A stretch of DNA of 64,000 bases from Candidatus Zhuqueibacterota bacterium (GCA_029262055.1 JAJDAD010000036.1:26772-90771); one strand, 5' to 3'; shown: positions 49,335 to 60,438, counted from the first letter of the stretch. Made by a program: numbers and translations. The notes: generated by a model from the letters alone, not told the origin.

Positions 49335-49505
49335 AGCGTCTTGCTAACAAATAGTAACAGTTTTGGCGTAAACGTCTTGACAATTTTTGCGAAAATACTA
49401 TATTTATTGCCATATTTGTATTTTCCTCACAAAACATAGAGAATTTCGGATGTGTTCTATTGCGCCGTTTAGATTCTCTCACCTTGAGGCAGACCCGTTT
49501 CTAAA

Positions 49506-52500
49506 ATGAAGAACAGTAAATTGAATGGTACCTTGCGGGGCATTGCGTGGTTTTCTTGCAGTCTGTGTGCGGCGCTAGCGCCATTTACTGCTTTCGCGCA
49601 GTGGTCTGATGATCCGGCCACCAACAATGCCATCGGTGTAGCCGGAAACACGCGCCAGGTCGCGCCCCAAATCCTGAGTGATGGCAATCATGGGGCTATT
49701 ATCGTCTGGGCGGACGAACGCAATATCGACAGCGATCTTTATGGACAACGCCTCGACGCATCGGGCACAGCGGCCTGGTCTGGAACCGGCCTCCGGCTCA
49801 CGCTGGGAGAAGGGCGGCAGGAATGTCCCGCACTCGTCGCTCATGCCGGCGGTATTGTCATAGCCTGGAGAGACAGCCGCACCAATTCATCGATAAATGA
49901 GATTTTTGTGCAAAAGTTTAACCTGGCCGGTCAATCACTCTGGGCTTTTCCAACGCTTGCGCACCAGGCCAACAACTTTGCCCCGGCCGTGCTGGTAAGC
50001 AGCCAATCAGGGATCATTACTGCCTCTTACACAAGCTCACTGTTTGACGATGTCATCAGCCTGCAAATCATTGATGGTGACGGCATGCCGCGTTTCTTTC
50101 CGCAACAGCGAATCATCAACAACAACGCGCAAGGCAGGCAGCCGAATCTGCCGCCGACCGTTGCTCCAGGCTTGGGCGGCGGCGTAATTGCTTCTTGGGT
50201 CGACAGCAGAAACGACACTACCCTATTCGTCAGCGGCTTGTCAAGCGCGGGTAGCATTTGGAGCGCAGGAGAAGTGGCTGTCGGTGAGGCCGTCACCAGT
50301 GGTACCGTTCCGGCAATCATCCAGGACGGCAACGAAGGGGCAATTGTCATTTGGCTGCAGCCATCTGGCCCGGGAACGGATGACCTCAAGGCCAGCCGCC
50401 TGGACCGGGACGGTTCACAAGTCTGGTCGCCGCCGGTTCGGACCATCGCAAGCAGTTCCGGAAAAAAACAGAATCTACGGGCCGTCGACATTGGTGGAGG
50501 TGCAGCGTATCTGGTTTGGCAGAATTCAGTGGAAGGTAACAATCGTATCTTCGGACAGCGGTTGGCCAATGATGGCAGCGCCTGGGGCAGCGACGTTCAG
50601 CTCGCACTCAATGCGGGCAATCAAGTCAACCCGGACCTGGCAATCGATCTTGACGGTGAGGCCCTGGTCACCTGGGAGGATGACCGCAATATAGACGTCG
50701 ATATTTATGCTCAGTCCCTGGATCCGTCCGGAGCCCGCAAGTGGACTGAGACGGGCGTAGCGGTTTCCACAGCTACGGGTACCCAGCAAATGGCAGCCAT
50801 CACCAATGATGGGCTCGGCGGCGCCATCGTGACCTGGGAAGACCACCGGACTGGCGATCCGGATGTCTTCGCGCAGCGGGTCAGCAAAACCGGCGTCCTT
50901 GGCGAGTTCCGTACGTTGACAATCATGACGGCGCTGCGCAACGCTGCCTGGGAAGTCGGTAGCTCAAGAACGATCTCCTGGACCGCCACTGCGGAGATCG
51001 ATAGTGTTAGAATCGAGCTGTCGCGCGACGGCGGCCAGACTTACGACCTTCTTTTCGATGCCCTGCCAAACAGCACGCCTGAAAATAATCGTGTCACGAT
51101 TTCGATTCCGGGCCCGGCCGCCGCGCAAGCCGTCCTGCGGCTTTCCGTGGTCGAGGCGCCCTTTATCCGGAGTGAAAGCGAAGTGTTTACGCTGACCGCA
51201 CCGGTCGGCCCGGAAGTGAATCTAACCCCGGTTTCCGTGGCTTCTGCTGGTGACTCGCTAGCAGTTGTGGCATCAGCCACTGACTTGAGCGGCGTACAGG
51301 AGTTACGGCTGACTTTTCGCCGCGGCGGTGCCGGACGCTTTGATTCCGTACAGATGGAGCGCACCGGCCCGGGTCAATTTGCCGGGCAGATCCCGGGCGG
51401 CTTTGTGACGGAAAGAGGACTCGAATACTACATTGCCGCAACGGACAGCATTGGCTCAGTCAGCAACTCCGACACTTTTTCTACTGTGGTTAGCTTTACC
51501 GCCGGCGTTCAAAGTGCCGGTCTCACGCGTGGATTTGAGCAGTCTTCGTATTCGATGCTTGCGGCGCCCAACCTGCTGGTTCAGCCCCGGGTAGATTCGA
51601 TATTTGCCGCTTCAGGGTTCGGGGCGCCCGACACGACTAGTTGGCGATTGTTTGAATACCAGGACAGCACCAACGTCGAGCTGGATTCCCTAAACGGAGG
51701 CTCATTTCACTTCGACCCGGGTAAGGCGTACTGGGTCATTTCCGCAGAGAACAGGACGGTCAATTTTGGTAGCGGCAGGTCGCTACCGCCGGATGACGAT
51801 GCCTCGGTGGCGCTTACCCCTGGCTGGAATCAGGTGGCAAACCCGTTTGCGTTTTCCGTCTCCTGGGACGATGTCGTGGTGGCCAGCGGCGATCCGCTGG
51901 TTAGCCGGCCGTATGCGTTTCGCGGCACGTACGTGCAGGCGGATGTGCTTACTCCGTACGAAGGATATTTTGTCTTCAATTTTGAGAGCCAGAACGTGGA
52001 ATTGCTTTTTCCACCGGTGGAGGCGGCCGATGATGACAGCACTCTCAGCAAACTCACATTCGCCCCGGGCTGGGAACTGCAGATAGAAGCAAGCTGCAAG
52101 CATGCAGCAGATTCTCAGAATTTTCTCGGCGTCCATCAAGACGCAGCAGTTGAATGGGATCGTTTAGATCAACCGGAGCCGCCGACCATCGGTGAATTCG
52201 TTTCCGTCTACTTCCCACATGACGACTGGCAGAGATTCTCCAACAACTACAACTCCGATTATCGTCCTCAAATTGAAACTGGGACCTCATGGACTTTTGT
52301 CGCCAGGAGCAACATAAGAAACGCTGAAGTAAAACTTGAGTTTAGTGGCCTGGAGAAATTGCCAGCTGGTCTGAAAGTCATGCTCTACGATCCCACATTA
52401 AATTTTTCATCCGACCTGGCAGGTTCTTCCACTTTTAGCTTTGCCAGCGGCGCGCGTGGCGTCGAAAAATCGTTCACGCTCCTGGTCGGAACCACTGAAT

Positions 52501-52817
52501 ACATCGCTGACAACATTGGGACAAATCTGCTGCCGACCAAGTTTGAGTTGGCACAGAATTTCCCGAACCCCTTTAATCCATCTACGACCATTCGGTACGG
52601 ATTGCCGGCGGAGGAGCGGGTAACCCTCAAGATCTACAACTTGTTGGGACGCGAAATCCGAACCATCCTGAGCGATGAGCCAAAGGCTGCCGGCTTTCAT
52701 CTTGCCCTTTGGGATGGGCGAGATAAACAGAATCGTCTCGTCGGCTCCGGTGTATATATTTACCAGATTATTGCCGGGGAATTCAAGCAAACCCGAAAGA
52801 TGCTATTAGTCAAATAA
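49506..52817 (+). CDS. Large secreted propeller-repeat protein with shared C-terminal module and FlgD-Ig/T9SS-type CTD
   Basis: Signal peptide; repeats DG.GGAIV.W.D.R....DI(Y/F)AQR; QNFPNPFNPSTTIRY end. Confidence 0.9.
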   Translation: MKNSKLNGTLRGIAWFSCSLCAALAPFTAFAQWSDDPATNNAIGVAGNTRQVAPQILSDGNHGAIIVWADERNIDSDLYGQRLDASGTAAWSGTGLRLTLGEGRQECPALVAHAGGIVIAWRDSRTNSSINEIFVQKFNLAGQSLWAFPTLAHQANNFAPAVLVSSQSGIITASYTSSLFDDVISLQIIDGDGMPRFFPQQRIINNNAQGRQPNLPPTVAPGLGGGVIASWVDSRNDTTLFVSGLSSAGSIWSAGEVAVGEAVTSGTVPAIIQDGNEGAIVIWLQPSGPGTDDLKASRLDRDGSQVWSPPVRTIASSSGKKQNLRAVDIGGGAAYLVWQNSVEGNNRIFGQRLANDGSAWGSDVQLALNAGNQVNPDLAIDLDGEALVTWEDDRNIDVDIYAQSLDPSGARKWTETGVAVSTATGTQQMAAITNDGLGGAIVTWEDHRTGDPDVFAQRVSKTGVLGEFRTLTIMTALRNAAWEVGSSRTISWTATAEIDSVRIELSRDGGQTYDLLFDALPNSTPENNRVTISIPGPAAAQAVLRLSVVEAPFIRSESEVFTLTAPVGPEVNLTPVSVASAGDSLAVVASATDLSGVQELRLTFRRGGAGRFDSVQMERTGPGQFAGQIPGGFVTERGLEYYIAATDSIGSVSNSDTFSTVVSFTAGVQSAGLTRGFEQSSYSMLAAPNLLVQPRVDSIFAASGFGAPDTTSWRLFEYQDSTNVELDSLNGGSFHFDPGKAYWVISAENRTVNFGSGRSLPPDDDASVALTPGWNQVANPFAFSVSWDDVVVASGDPLVSRPYAFRGTYVQADVLTPYEGYFVFNFESQNVELLFPPVEAADDDSTLSKLTFAPGWELQIEASCKHAADSQNFLGVHQDAAVEWDRLDQPEPPTIGEFVSVYFPHDDWQRFSNNYNSDYRPQIETGTSWTFVARSNIRNAEVKLEFSGLEKLPAGLKVMLYDPTLNFSSDLAGSSTFSFASGARGVEKSFTLLVGTTEYIADNIGTNLLPTKFELAQNFPNPFNPSTTIRYGLPAEERVTLKIYNLLGREIRTILSDEPKAAGFHLALWDGRDKQNRLVGSGVYIYQIIAGEFKQTRKMLLVK

Positions 52818-52833
52818 GGAAACAGGTTTAGAA

Positions 52834-53673
52834 ATGACAATCTCACGAAGATTGCTTTTTGTCTTACTCGTTTTTGCGTTGTCATGCGTCTCTTCTGCGC
52901 AGGAGGACGCCGCCAACACCGTTCTGACCGAACGAGGTTTCGAGACAGCGGCGCCGGCTATCGTCAAATTGGTTTCCGAAGGTGGAAACAATGTTGGAGC
53001 GGGCGTTATCCTGGCTGTGCACGATGGCGATGTTGGGTTTATCCTGACGGCCAATAGTGCCTTGGGAGGACAGGATCGGGTAGCGGTCATATTGAAAGAG
53101 TATCCCGACCCACTCTTGGGAAAAATAGTCGACCGCTGGGTAGACTTTGAGCTCGATCTGGCGATCCTGGGCGTGCGCGGGTTTCCTGCGGATGCGCAGC
53201 CCATCACAATTGCCTCCGGGAAGTCGGTACGGCTGAACCATTTTTACTCGATTCTGGCACACACCGAAGAGCGTGACTGGAGCTCGATCTCGGCCGAATT
53301 GTCCCTGGAGTTGGAACAGCAGTTCATTCTTGGCGCCACGGCCGGTACTGCATTGAAAGGTTCGCCGCTCCTCAATAAGAAGGGCCACCTTATTGGCCTG
53401 TTGGTGACGGATGAAACGCTGCGGGAAAAGGAAACACTGACAGCGGCTGTAAAATCAGAGGCGTTAAAACCGGTCTTGCACGAATGGTTCAGAAATGTAG
53501 AACTTGGCAGGAAGTGGCAGGAAAAGGGTGCCGGTATCGCTTCCTGGATGTGGGCTGTCGGTGGCGGCGTGCTGGGCGGTTCAGTCGCGACGGCCATCGC
53601 CCTAACCGGTGAGGACGATGGCGCTCCACGCGGCCTGCCGCGACCGCCGGATCCTCCACCAAGCGGGCAATGA
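52834..53673 (+). CDS. Trypsin-like fold protein with degenerate catalytic motifs and C-terminal TM/LPxPP tail
   Basis: GAGVI, ILTANS, DLAIL, LKGSPLLN..G.LIGL; tail WMWAVGGGVLGG..GLPRPPDPP. Confidence 0.7.
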   Translation: MTISRRLLFVLLVFALSCVSSAQEDAANTVLTERGFETAAPAIVKLVSEGGNNVGAGVILAVHDGDVGFILTANSALGGQDRVAVILKEYPDPLLGKIVDRWVDFELDLAILGVRGFPADAQPITIASGKSVRLNHFYSILAHTEERDWSSISAELSLELEQQFILGATAGTALKGSPLLNKKGHLIGLLVTDETLREKETLTAAVKSEALKPVLHEWFRNVELGRKWQEKGAGIASWMWAVGGGVLGGSVATAIALTGEDDGAPRGLPRPPDPPPSGQ

Positions 53674-53706
53674 TAAACATGTGTTTGGTAGATTAGGCCA
53701 AAATAT

Positions 53707-53745
53707 AAAAAAGCGGTTGGTTCTCACGGAACCACCGCTTTTTTT
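53707..53745. terminator. Bidirectional intrinsic terminator
   Basis: A6-GCGGTTGGTTC..GAACCACCGC-T7 between convergent genes. Confidence 0.8.
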
Positions 53746-53797
53746 GCACATGGAGTCGGCTCTCTGATGTATTGGCGAAGACAGGCAGTTGCTCAGA

Positions 53798-54562
53798 CTA
53801 TGAACTCACTAGTTTGAACTGTACCGGAATGGAAACCCATACCCGGATCTTTTGCTCCCTTTGTTTTGCGGGCTGCCACTTCACTTTCCAGATGGCTTCC
53901 ATTGCTGATTTTTCAAAGCCCATATTTTCGGGTTTAGACTTAATGACCTCAGCTTTCTGAGTGCGGCCATCCACCCCAACCAGAACTTTTACATACACGA
54001 TCCCTTCCATTCCTGCTTTCTGGGCGAGGCGCGGGTAGTGTAAATACTTTGACAGTTCAGCCATTCCACCGACTATTTGAGGCGGTTCATCGTAGGCAAC
54101 AAATATTGTCGAATCGTCATCCTCCGGCGGCGGAGGTGGCGGAGGAATGTCTGACAAATCGATTTCAGTTGAAGCGATGGTCAGGTCCTCCGGGATATCC
54201 TCTGAATCGGTGGGGACCGGAACGCTCGGCTTAGGCGGTGGCGGTGGACGGTGCAACTGTTCTGTGGGCGGTATATCTGCAACTTCGATGGTGATGTCTG
54301 CTGTTTCAGCCGTTGTAGCTGCCATCGAGACTTGCCGTGCGAGCTGGGCTGTCAGCAACACCAGGGAGAGAGCGATGACCGTCGCTAATTCTAACGTCTT
54401 GCGATAGTGGAACTTGAGATTCGCTTTGTCAGCTTTGGTCTTTACTAAACTGTCGACCTCGACAGCCGTGGAAAAATATTCGCGAGTTGACTTGTTGAGT
54501 GCGCTTTCTTCTTTTGGGCCAAGGTCAGCAAAAGGATTGAATCCGGATTTATTTACGAACAT
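53798..54562 (-). CDS. tonB: Energy transducer TonB
   Basis: TM helix, Pro-rich linker, YPRLAQKAGMEG.V.V, WQPAKQ. Confidence 0.88.
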   Translation of the reverse strand: MFVNKSGFNPFADLGPKEESALNKSTREYFSTAVEVDSLVKTKADKANLKFHYRKTLELATVIALSLVLLTAQLARQVSMAATTAETADITIEVADIPPTEQLHRPPPPPKPSVPVPTDSEDIPEDLTIASTEIDLSDIPPPPPPPEDDDSTIFVAYDEPPQIVGGMAELSKYLHYPRLAQKAGMEGIVYVKVLVGVDGRTQKAEVIKSKPENMGFEKSAMEAIWKVKWQPAKQREQKIRVWVSIPVQFKLVSS

Positions 54563-54695
54563 GCTTTGATACTCCTGTCTGCGTAACTCACTTTACACGG
54601 TTCATTTTGTGCTATCGGGTACGGGAGTTTTGCAGCGGAGTTTCAATCGTTCCTTTGGATTCAGGTCGGGCAAGCACTGCTGAGGCGGAGACAGT

Positions 54696-56819
54696 TTATT
54701 CTACCAAGGTAAAGTCAATCACACGTTCGTCCGTGTCAACCCTGACCACCCTGACTTTTACAGGGTCTCCCAGACGGTAGACTTTTTCAGAGAACTGGCC
54801 TACCAGCCGGTAGTTTTTGTCATCATGAAAGTAGTAGTCATCTTCAAGATCGGAAATGTGGACCAGGCCCTCAACCAGGAGATCGGTTATTTCGACGAAG
54901 ATGCCGAATTTGACAACCCCGGAAATAACGCCCTGAAATTCTTCTCCCAGGTGGCGCTGCATGTATTCGACTTTTTTCAGTTTGATCGATTCCCTCTCGG
55001 CATCCAGGGCAACGATTTCGCGTTGTGAACAATGCTCCGACGTTCGCGTTAGAGCTGCCTTGCGCTTCGGCATGGGGTCATTGTCAATGCCATGCGCATA
55101 TTCCTTGAGCAGGCGATGGACCACAAGGTCCGGGTACCGACGGATCGGGGAGGTAAAGTGGGTGTAATGTTTGAAAGCAAGGCCAAAATGACCGGCATTG
55201 TTGGTTGAATACTTGGCCTTCATCATCGAACGGAGCATTATACCCTGTACGATGCCTTCTTCAGGCGTGCCTTTCAGATCAGCGAGGAAGTTGCCCAATA
55301 ACCGGCCCGTTACGGGCTCGTTTTGCGTCAGCGGCCGGCCCAGGGCTTTGACAAATTCCTTGAAGTCATCCATCTTTTCCTGTTTTGGTTGCTCGTGGAT
55401 TCTATAAACAAACGCAGGTTTCTGTCCGTTTTTTGCCAGTTGCAGAGCCACATGTTCGGTCACCGTTTGATTGGCGAGCAGCATGAACTCCTCAACCAAG
55501 CGGTGGCTGTCGAGCCGTTCACGTTTGCTTATGGCCACAGGCAGGCCGTCCTTGCCGAGTTCAACCCTGACCTCAGGCAGGTCGAAGTCGAGGCTGCCAA
55601 GTTGTCTTCGTCGTTTAATCATGGCAAGACTAAGCCGATGCATGGTTTTTAAATCTTCCGCGTAGGGTACGGCTTTCTCCTTGCCGGAGATTATTCCCTG
55701 GGCCTCTTCGTACGTGAACCGTTTGTTACTGTTGATCACCGTTTCCGCAATTTTGTACTTGACCGTTTTGCCGCTCGGGGCCACTTCCATGATACAACTG
55801 AACGCCAACCGGTCTTCATTGGGGCGTAAGCTGCAGATCTGGTTGCTCAGTTTTTCGGGCAACATTGGGATCACCCGGTCGACCAGGTACACGGAAGTCC
55901 CCCGTTTCAGGGCCTCGCGATCGAGGCGGCTGCCGGGCTGGACATAGTAACTTACATCAGCAATGTGCACGCCCAGTTCATGATTTCCATTCTTCAGCTT
56001 GCGTATGGAGACCGCGTCATCAAAATCCTTGGCATCACGCGGATCAATGGTGAAGCAGACCTCCTGGCGCAAATCAAGGCGGCGCGCGATTTCCTTAGCC
56101 GGTATTTCTGCTGGGATTCTCCGGGCCTCTTCTTCAACCTGGGACTGGAATGTGATCGGTAGGTCAAACGCTTTGACGACGGCGAGCACGTCGACACCGG
56201 GGTCATCGGGAAAGCCCAGAATTTCAACAATCTCTCCCTCCGGATTGGCCCGCGCATCATCCCACGAAGTGATCTTGACAACGACTTTTTGGCCGGATTG
56301 TGCCAGCCCGGAGGCGCCTTCGGGAACGAAAACATCCCGTGACATCTTCAGTTCGTCAGGTACCACGAAGCCGTAGCGCTTCGTGCTGCGGTATGTGCCT
56401 ACGACGGTTTGGCTGGCTCTTTTGACGACTTTGACGACACGTCCCTCGCGGCTTCTGCCGGCCGTCTTGGAGCGGGCATAAAGCTGAACTTGCACCATGT
56501 CCTTGTTCAGCGCGGTGCCCATATTTTTTTGGCTGATGAAAACATCGTCTTTGTCATCGCCGACAAGCAGGAAGCCGTATCCTTGCGCTTTAACGTGTAA
56601 CTCGCCCTCTAGTACGGCCGCACGTTGCAGCGTCCCAAAGCTGTTGCCGCGGTATTTTGCAATCAGGCCATCGCGGGCGGCCTTTTTTATGGTGTCGCGG
56701 AAGCTGGTGTAGTCGGGCTTGGCGACCCCGAGCTTTCGGGCCAATTCTTTCGGCTTGAAAGTGCGATGCGGATAGGTTGCGAGGAGTGCTTCAATTCTTT
56801 TGATAATCTTTTTGTTCAT
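54696..56819 (-). CDS. rnr: Ribonuclease R
   Basis: CSD domains, TIDPRDAKDFDDA, HFTSPIRRYPDL, C-terminal S1; likely start ATG 56819. Confidence 0.96.
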   Translation of the reverse strand: MNKKIIKRIEALLATYPHRTFKPKELARKLGVAKPDYTSFRDTIKKAARDGLIAKYRGNSFGTLQRAAVLEGELHVKAQGYGFLLVGDDKDDVFISQKNMGTALNKDMVQVQLYARSKTAGRSREGRVVKVVKRASQTVVGTYRSTKRYGFVVPDELKMSRDVFVPEGASGLAQSGQKVVVKITSWDDARANPEGEIVEILGFPDDPGVDVLAVVKAFDLPITFQSQVEEEARRIPAEIPAKEIARRLDLRQEVCFTIDPRDAKDFDDAVSIRKLKNGNHELGVHIADVSYYVQPGSRLDREALKRGTSVYLVDRVIPMLPEKLSNQICSLRPNEDRLAFSCIMEVAPSGKTVKYKIAETVINSNKRFTYEEAQGIISGKEKAVPYAEDLKTMHRLSLAMIKRRRQLGSLDFDLPEVRVELGKDGLPVAISKRERLDSHRLVEEFMLLANQTVTEHVALQLAKNGQKPAFVYRIHEQPKQEKMDDFKEFVKALGRPLTQNEPVTGRLLGNFLADLKGTPEEGIVQGIMLRSMMKAKYSTNNAGHFGLAFKHYTHFTSPIRRYPDLVVHRLLKEYAHGIDNDPMPKRKAALTRTSEHCSQREIVALDAERESIKLKKVEYMQRHLGEEFQGVISGVVKFGIFVEITDLLVEGLVHISDLEDDYYFHDDKNYRLVGQFSEKVYRLGDPVKVRVVRVDTDERVIDFTLVE

Positions 56820-57041
56820 CCTTGACTCTTTGTTTGAAGATATGTTCACCTAATCCCGGTGAATAGGGAGTGGCGGCATTCCGGCCACCTGAATTTTGTT
56901 CTATAAGGGGATTTGATCTGATTAGACGGATTACAGCAATATAGAGATGACTGATGTGATAGTAAACCTAAATGTGGAAGTTGGAAACGCGAATGGAGAG
57001 CGGAGTCCCTGCTTCAGGAAGTGCGTATTCGTCTGTGGGTT

Positions 57042-57602
57042 CTACTTGTCGTTGGGTGTTTTTCTGAGTTCTTTAATCTCGTCACGGAGTTTGGCTGCGT
57101 CCTCGTAGCGTTCATCGCTGATCGCCTGTTGCATGTCCTGTTCGAGCTTTTCCAGGTCCGTCATCGGAACGCTGACTTCCTCGCCATCGACCTCGGTGTC
57201 CTTATCGTCCACTGATGCCCTGTCCATTACGTCTTCGTCCACAAAGATGGGTGAGTGCATCCGCAACGCCAGTGCGATGGCATCGCTTGGACGGGCATCT
57301 ATTTCGGCATCAGAACCGTTCATTTTTACGTTGATGAGCGCAAAGTAAGTATTTTCTCTCAGATCATTTACAACCACGCGGGAGACCTTGGCTTCGATAG
57401 ATTCAAGCAGGTTTTTGATAAGATCGTGGGTCAACGGCCGAGGTGGGGAAACACTTTCGAGCTGCAACGCGATCGCCTGAGCTTCATTGTTTCCTACAAC
57501 AATCGGCAACCATCTGTTGTGCACATCATCCCGAAGAATAACCACAAATCGGTTCGTATGTGCGTCCAGGGTAACTCTGTCGACTCTTACTGCAACTAGC
57601 AT
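57042..57602 (-). CDS. Bifunctional nuclease (DUF151) with UvrB/UvrC motif
   Basis: LPIVVG..EAQAIA, RPLTHDL, DARPSDAIALA, ERYEDAAKLRDEI. Confidence 0.92.
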   Translation of the reverse strand: MLVAVRVDRVTLDAHTNRFVVILRDDVHNRWLPIVVGNNEAQAIALQLESVSPPRPLTHDLIKNLLESIEAKVSRVVVNDLRENTYFALINVKMNGSDAEIDARPSDAIALALRMHSPIFVDEDVMDRASVDDKDTEVDGEEVSVPMTDLEKLEQDMQQAISDERYEDAAKLRDEIKELRKTPNDK

Positions 57603-57841
57603 TAATCATTCTCCAAGAAAGATTCGGCATCCATATCGGGTCGACCATTCTCATACGAAGTCCGTTAAACTTACCAAAATTAAGGTCGACAGTCAAGCGA
57701 AATGTAGCCGATTACCACAATGAAGTACCCGCAAGTTCAGTCGTGAGAGGAAAATATCCGAGTACGCATAGTAGTCTGAATCATCATCACCCACTGACGA
57801 ACATATCTTAATATCGCTCCCGTGCTTTGAATACTAAATCA

Positions 57842-59524
57842 TTAATTATAAAGTTTCTTAAGATTAACTCTATGGTAATAATGGGTTAAGATTTGGTCAA
57901 ATTTTTGTCCTTTGTGTGCCATCATCGCCGCCCCAACCTGGCACATACCGACGCCATGTCCCCATCCCGCTCCTCTGAAAAGTATTCTCTCCGGCAGCTC
58001 GTTTCCGCGTCCTTGCTTCAGGATGTAGAAGCATGCGCTGTAAAGTGCGGTCTTTGACAATGCCTGTCTTATCGCTAACTCTTTGCTTACGAAGAAGCGC
58101 TTTTCTGTTCCGACAACTTCCAGTTCTATCAACCTTCCGGAAACACCCCGTTGGACCGGTCTCAAATCCAGCAACTGTCCGAAATGCTCGCCGGTTTTGT
58201 CATGAATGATGGTTTCCAGGTCCTCCCTGGCATACTCAACCTGCCACCTGAAGTACTTCGTACTATACTCCACTGACTTTGGCCCGCCGTGCTCCCTGAC
58301 ATTGTCGTTGACATCCGGGTGGCTGTCGATCCAGCGCTTCGCATTGCTTTCTTTTTCCAACGAGGTGCTGAGCTTTTTACCCGTCCGGTCGAGGGTGCCG
58401 CGTAAATAGGGTTGCGGCTTCGAGGCCCACACATTTTCGTTGTGCTCGGTATGACCGCCACAGACAGCGGAGTAGTACGGATCGATTACCTCATCGCGGT
58501 ACAGTACAAACATACCGCGCGTTCTTTCCACCGCTGCTGTCGTTTCTGTGCTATGCCGGTTTAATCCGCTGTAGACTTGGCAGTGCACGTCGTCACACAA
58601 GTCGAACGGGACCCCCGGTTGGTGGAAACCCATTTTTGCGATGGCTGCGCCGCGTGCGGCTACTGCCTGCGCTTTTAGTGCTTCGAACGGGAATCCGGCC
58701 GGCATCTCAGAGGGCACGACACCGAGCAGGTATTTCTCCAACGGAAGTTCATTCACCACCGTGATGTCTTCAGTTTTGTCTATCCAGAACTCCAGCGAAC
58801 CGCCGTATGTTCGCTGCTCGCTGCCCGACCAATGAAATCCGTGGCCGACTTCAATGTCCGCGATCTCAGCCCGGTCGGTATTTAGCCGGACGGGATGGTC
58901 TAACTCCAGTACTTTCGTGCCACCGATTTGAGTAAAGCGCAATCTCCCGCCTGCCGCGCGGACCGGTACGCTCACCAGATCGGCAGCCGTCTTCTTGCGG
59001 ATGCTATTCCTGAACTCTTTTGCCCGCTCCTCACTCGTAAACTTCTTGCTGAGCAGTACCTGATAGACCGCGGTGTGCATTTGGCGAATCGAGTGGTTTC
59101 CGGGAAGATCGTGCTTTTTGATCTCGGCCTGCACTCCTTTCTCTCGAAGAGAGGCTAAGAACTGCTCGGCCGACTGCCGGTCCTTCCATGTACCTAGGGC
59201 CACCCTGTATTCCATCTGAGCTGGGCGAGAGGCGGTTACTTCGACCTTCCATTGGCCGGCGGGCAGTGTTTGCTTGGCTGAGCCTCGGCGCAACTGTACG
59301 AGTCTTGTATTCTTGAATACCCTCAGCCGGACTTCGTGCTCTCCCTCCACAATGCCTATTCGTATGAGCGGTTGCCGGCCCCGGAACACGCCTTTCGGGG
59401 GCGCTTTGCAAACCAGATTGAACGTGGTGGCGACGAGGAGCAGGGTCAGGAGAGTTGACCTTGGCAAAATACGGAGCGCTGGATTTGCACGGGTGGGGTA
59501 TCGGGATTTTAGGTTGATGGCCAA
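57842..59524 (-). CDS. SpoIID/LytB-domain peptidoglycan hydrolase with SPOR-like insert
   Basis: LEKYLLGVVPSEMP, EALKAQAVAAR, CQVY, GWGHGVGMCQ. Confidence 0.92.
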   Translation of the reverse strand: MAINLKSRYPTRANPALRILPRSTLLTLLLVATTFNLVCKAPPKGVFRGRQPLIRIGIVEGEHEVRLRVFKNTRLVQLRRGSAKQTLPAGQWKVEVTASRPAQMEYRVALGTWKDRQSAEQFLASLREKGVQAEIKKHDLPGNHSIRQMHTAVYQVLLSKKFTSEERAKEFRNSIRKKTAADLVSVPVRAAGGRLRFTQIGGTKVLELDHPVRLNTDRAEIADIEVGHGFHWSGSEQRTYGGSLEFWIDKTEDITVVNELPLEKYLLGVVPSEMPAGFPFEALKAQAVAARGAAIAKMGFHQPGVPFDLCDDVHCQVYSGLNRHSTETTAAVERTRGMFVLYRDEVIDPYYSAVCGGHTEHNENVWASKPQPYLRGTLDRTGKKLSTSLEKESNAKRWIDSHPDVNDNVREHGGPKSVEYSTKYFRWQVEYAREDLETIIHDKTGEHFGQLLDLRPVQRGVSGRLIELEVVGTEKRFFVSKELAIRQALSKTALYSACFYILKQGRGNELPERILFRGAGWGHGVGMCQVGAAMMAHKGQKFDQILTHYYHRVNLKKLYN

Positions 59525-59526
59525 TT

Positions 59527-60438
59527 CTAACCCAGGTAGCCAAATTCCTTGAGCGTGGCTTCATTTTCCCGCCACTTTTCTTTGACTTTTACCCAAAGTT
59601 CGAGAAAAACCGACCTCTCCAGGGTCGTCTCAATGTCTTCACGGGCATTTGTACCGATCTTCTTCAAGGCTTCCCCGTTCTTGCCGATCAGGATTCCCTT
59701 TTGACTTTTCTTTTCCACGTAAATCGTTGCCCGAATGAAATCTTTCCGGTTCTTCCGCTCTTTGAATTCCTCAATGTAAACAGTGGTCGAATAGGGAATC
59801 TCATCACCAAATCTGAGAAAGATTTTTTCTCTGATTATTTCAGAAACCAGGAATCTCTCTGGGTGGTCGGTAATCTGCTCGGTGTCATAAAAAGGAAAGC
59901 CGACGGGCAGGGCCTTTATGGCTTCGTCACGCAGGGCGTCAAGCCCGATATCCTTCAAGGCAGAAACCGGCACGATGGTTTCGATGCCATCGGCCCGGCG
60001 GTAATGATCGATGAGGGGCAGCAGGTTTTGCCTGGGCACGAGATCAACCTTGTTGATCACCAGGATGATCTTTTTTTGTAGCTGCGCCACCTGGTTTAGG
60101 TTAGCCTGGTCGCGCGGATCGATTTTGTTTTTCGCCTCAATCATAAACAAGGCGAGATCTGCTTCCTGCAATGCCCGGTGAGCAGCCTGCAGCATGGCTT
60201 CCTGTAGCTTGTAGCGCGGTTCGAGCAGGCCGGGCGTGTCCAGAAAAACCACCTGATGGCCGGGGCCATTCAGGATGCCTTTGATCTGATGGCGGGTGGT
60301 CTGCGGCTTGCGCGTCACCGACGCCATTTTAAAGCTCAGGAAGTGGTTCAAAAGGGTCGACTTGCCGACGTTCGGCTGCCCGACGATGGCGACGTAACCC
60401 ACCTTAAAATTCTTCTCAGGTATTTTTGTCAACGTCAT
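59527..60438 (-). CDS. era: GTPase Era
   Basis: [22 protein letters not shown] domain ILIGKNG. Confidence 0.97.
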   Translation of the reverse strand: MTLTKIPEKNFKVGYVAIVGQPNVGKSTLLNHFLSFKMASVTRKPQTTRHQIKGILNGPGHQVVFLDTPGLLEPRYKLQEAMLQAAHRALQEADLALFMIEAKNKIDPRDQANLNQVAQLQKKIILVINKVDLVPRQNLLPLIDHYRRADGIETIVPVSALKDIGLDALRDEAIKALPVGFPFYDTEQITDHPERFLVSEIIREKIFLRFGDEIPYSTTVYIEEFKERKNRKDFIRATIYVEKKSQKGILIGKNGEALKKIGTNAREDIETTLERSVFLELWVKVKEKWRENEATLKEFGYLG

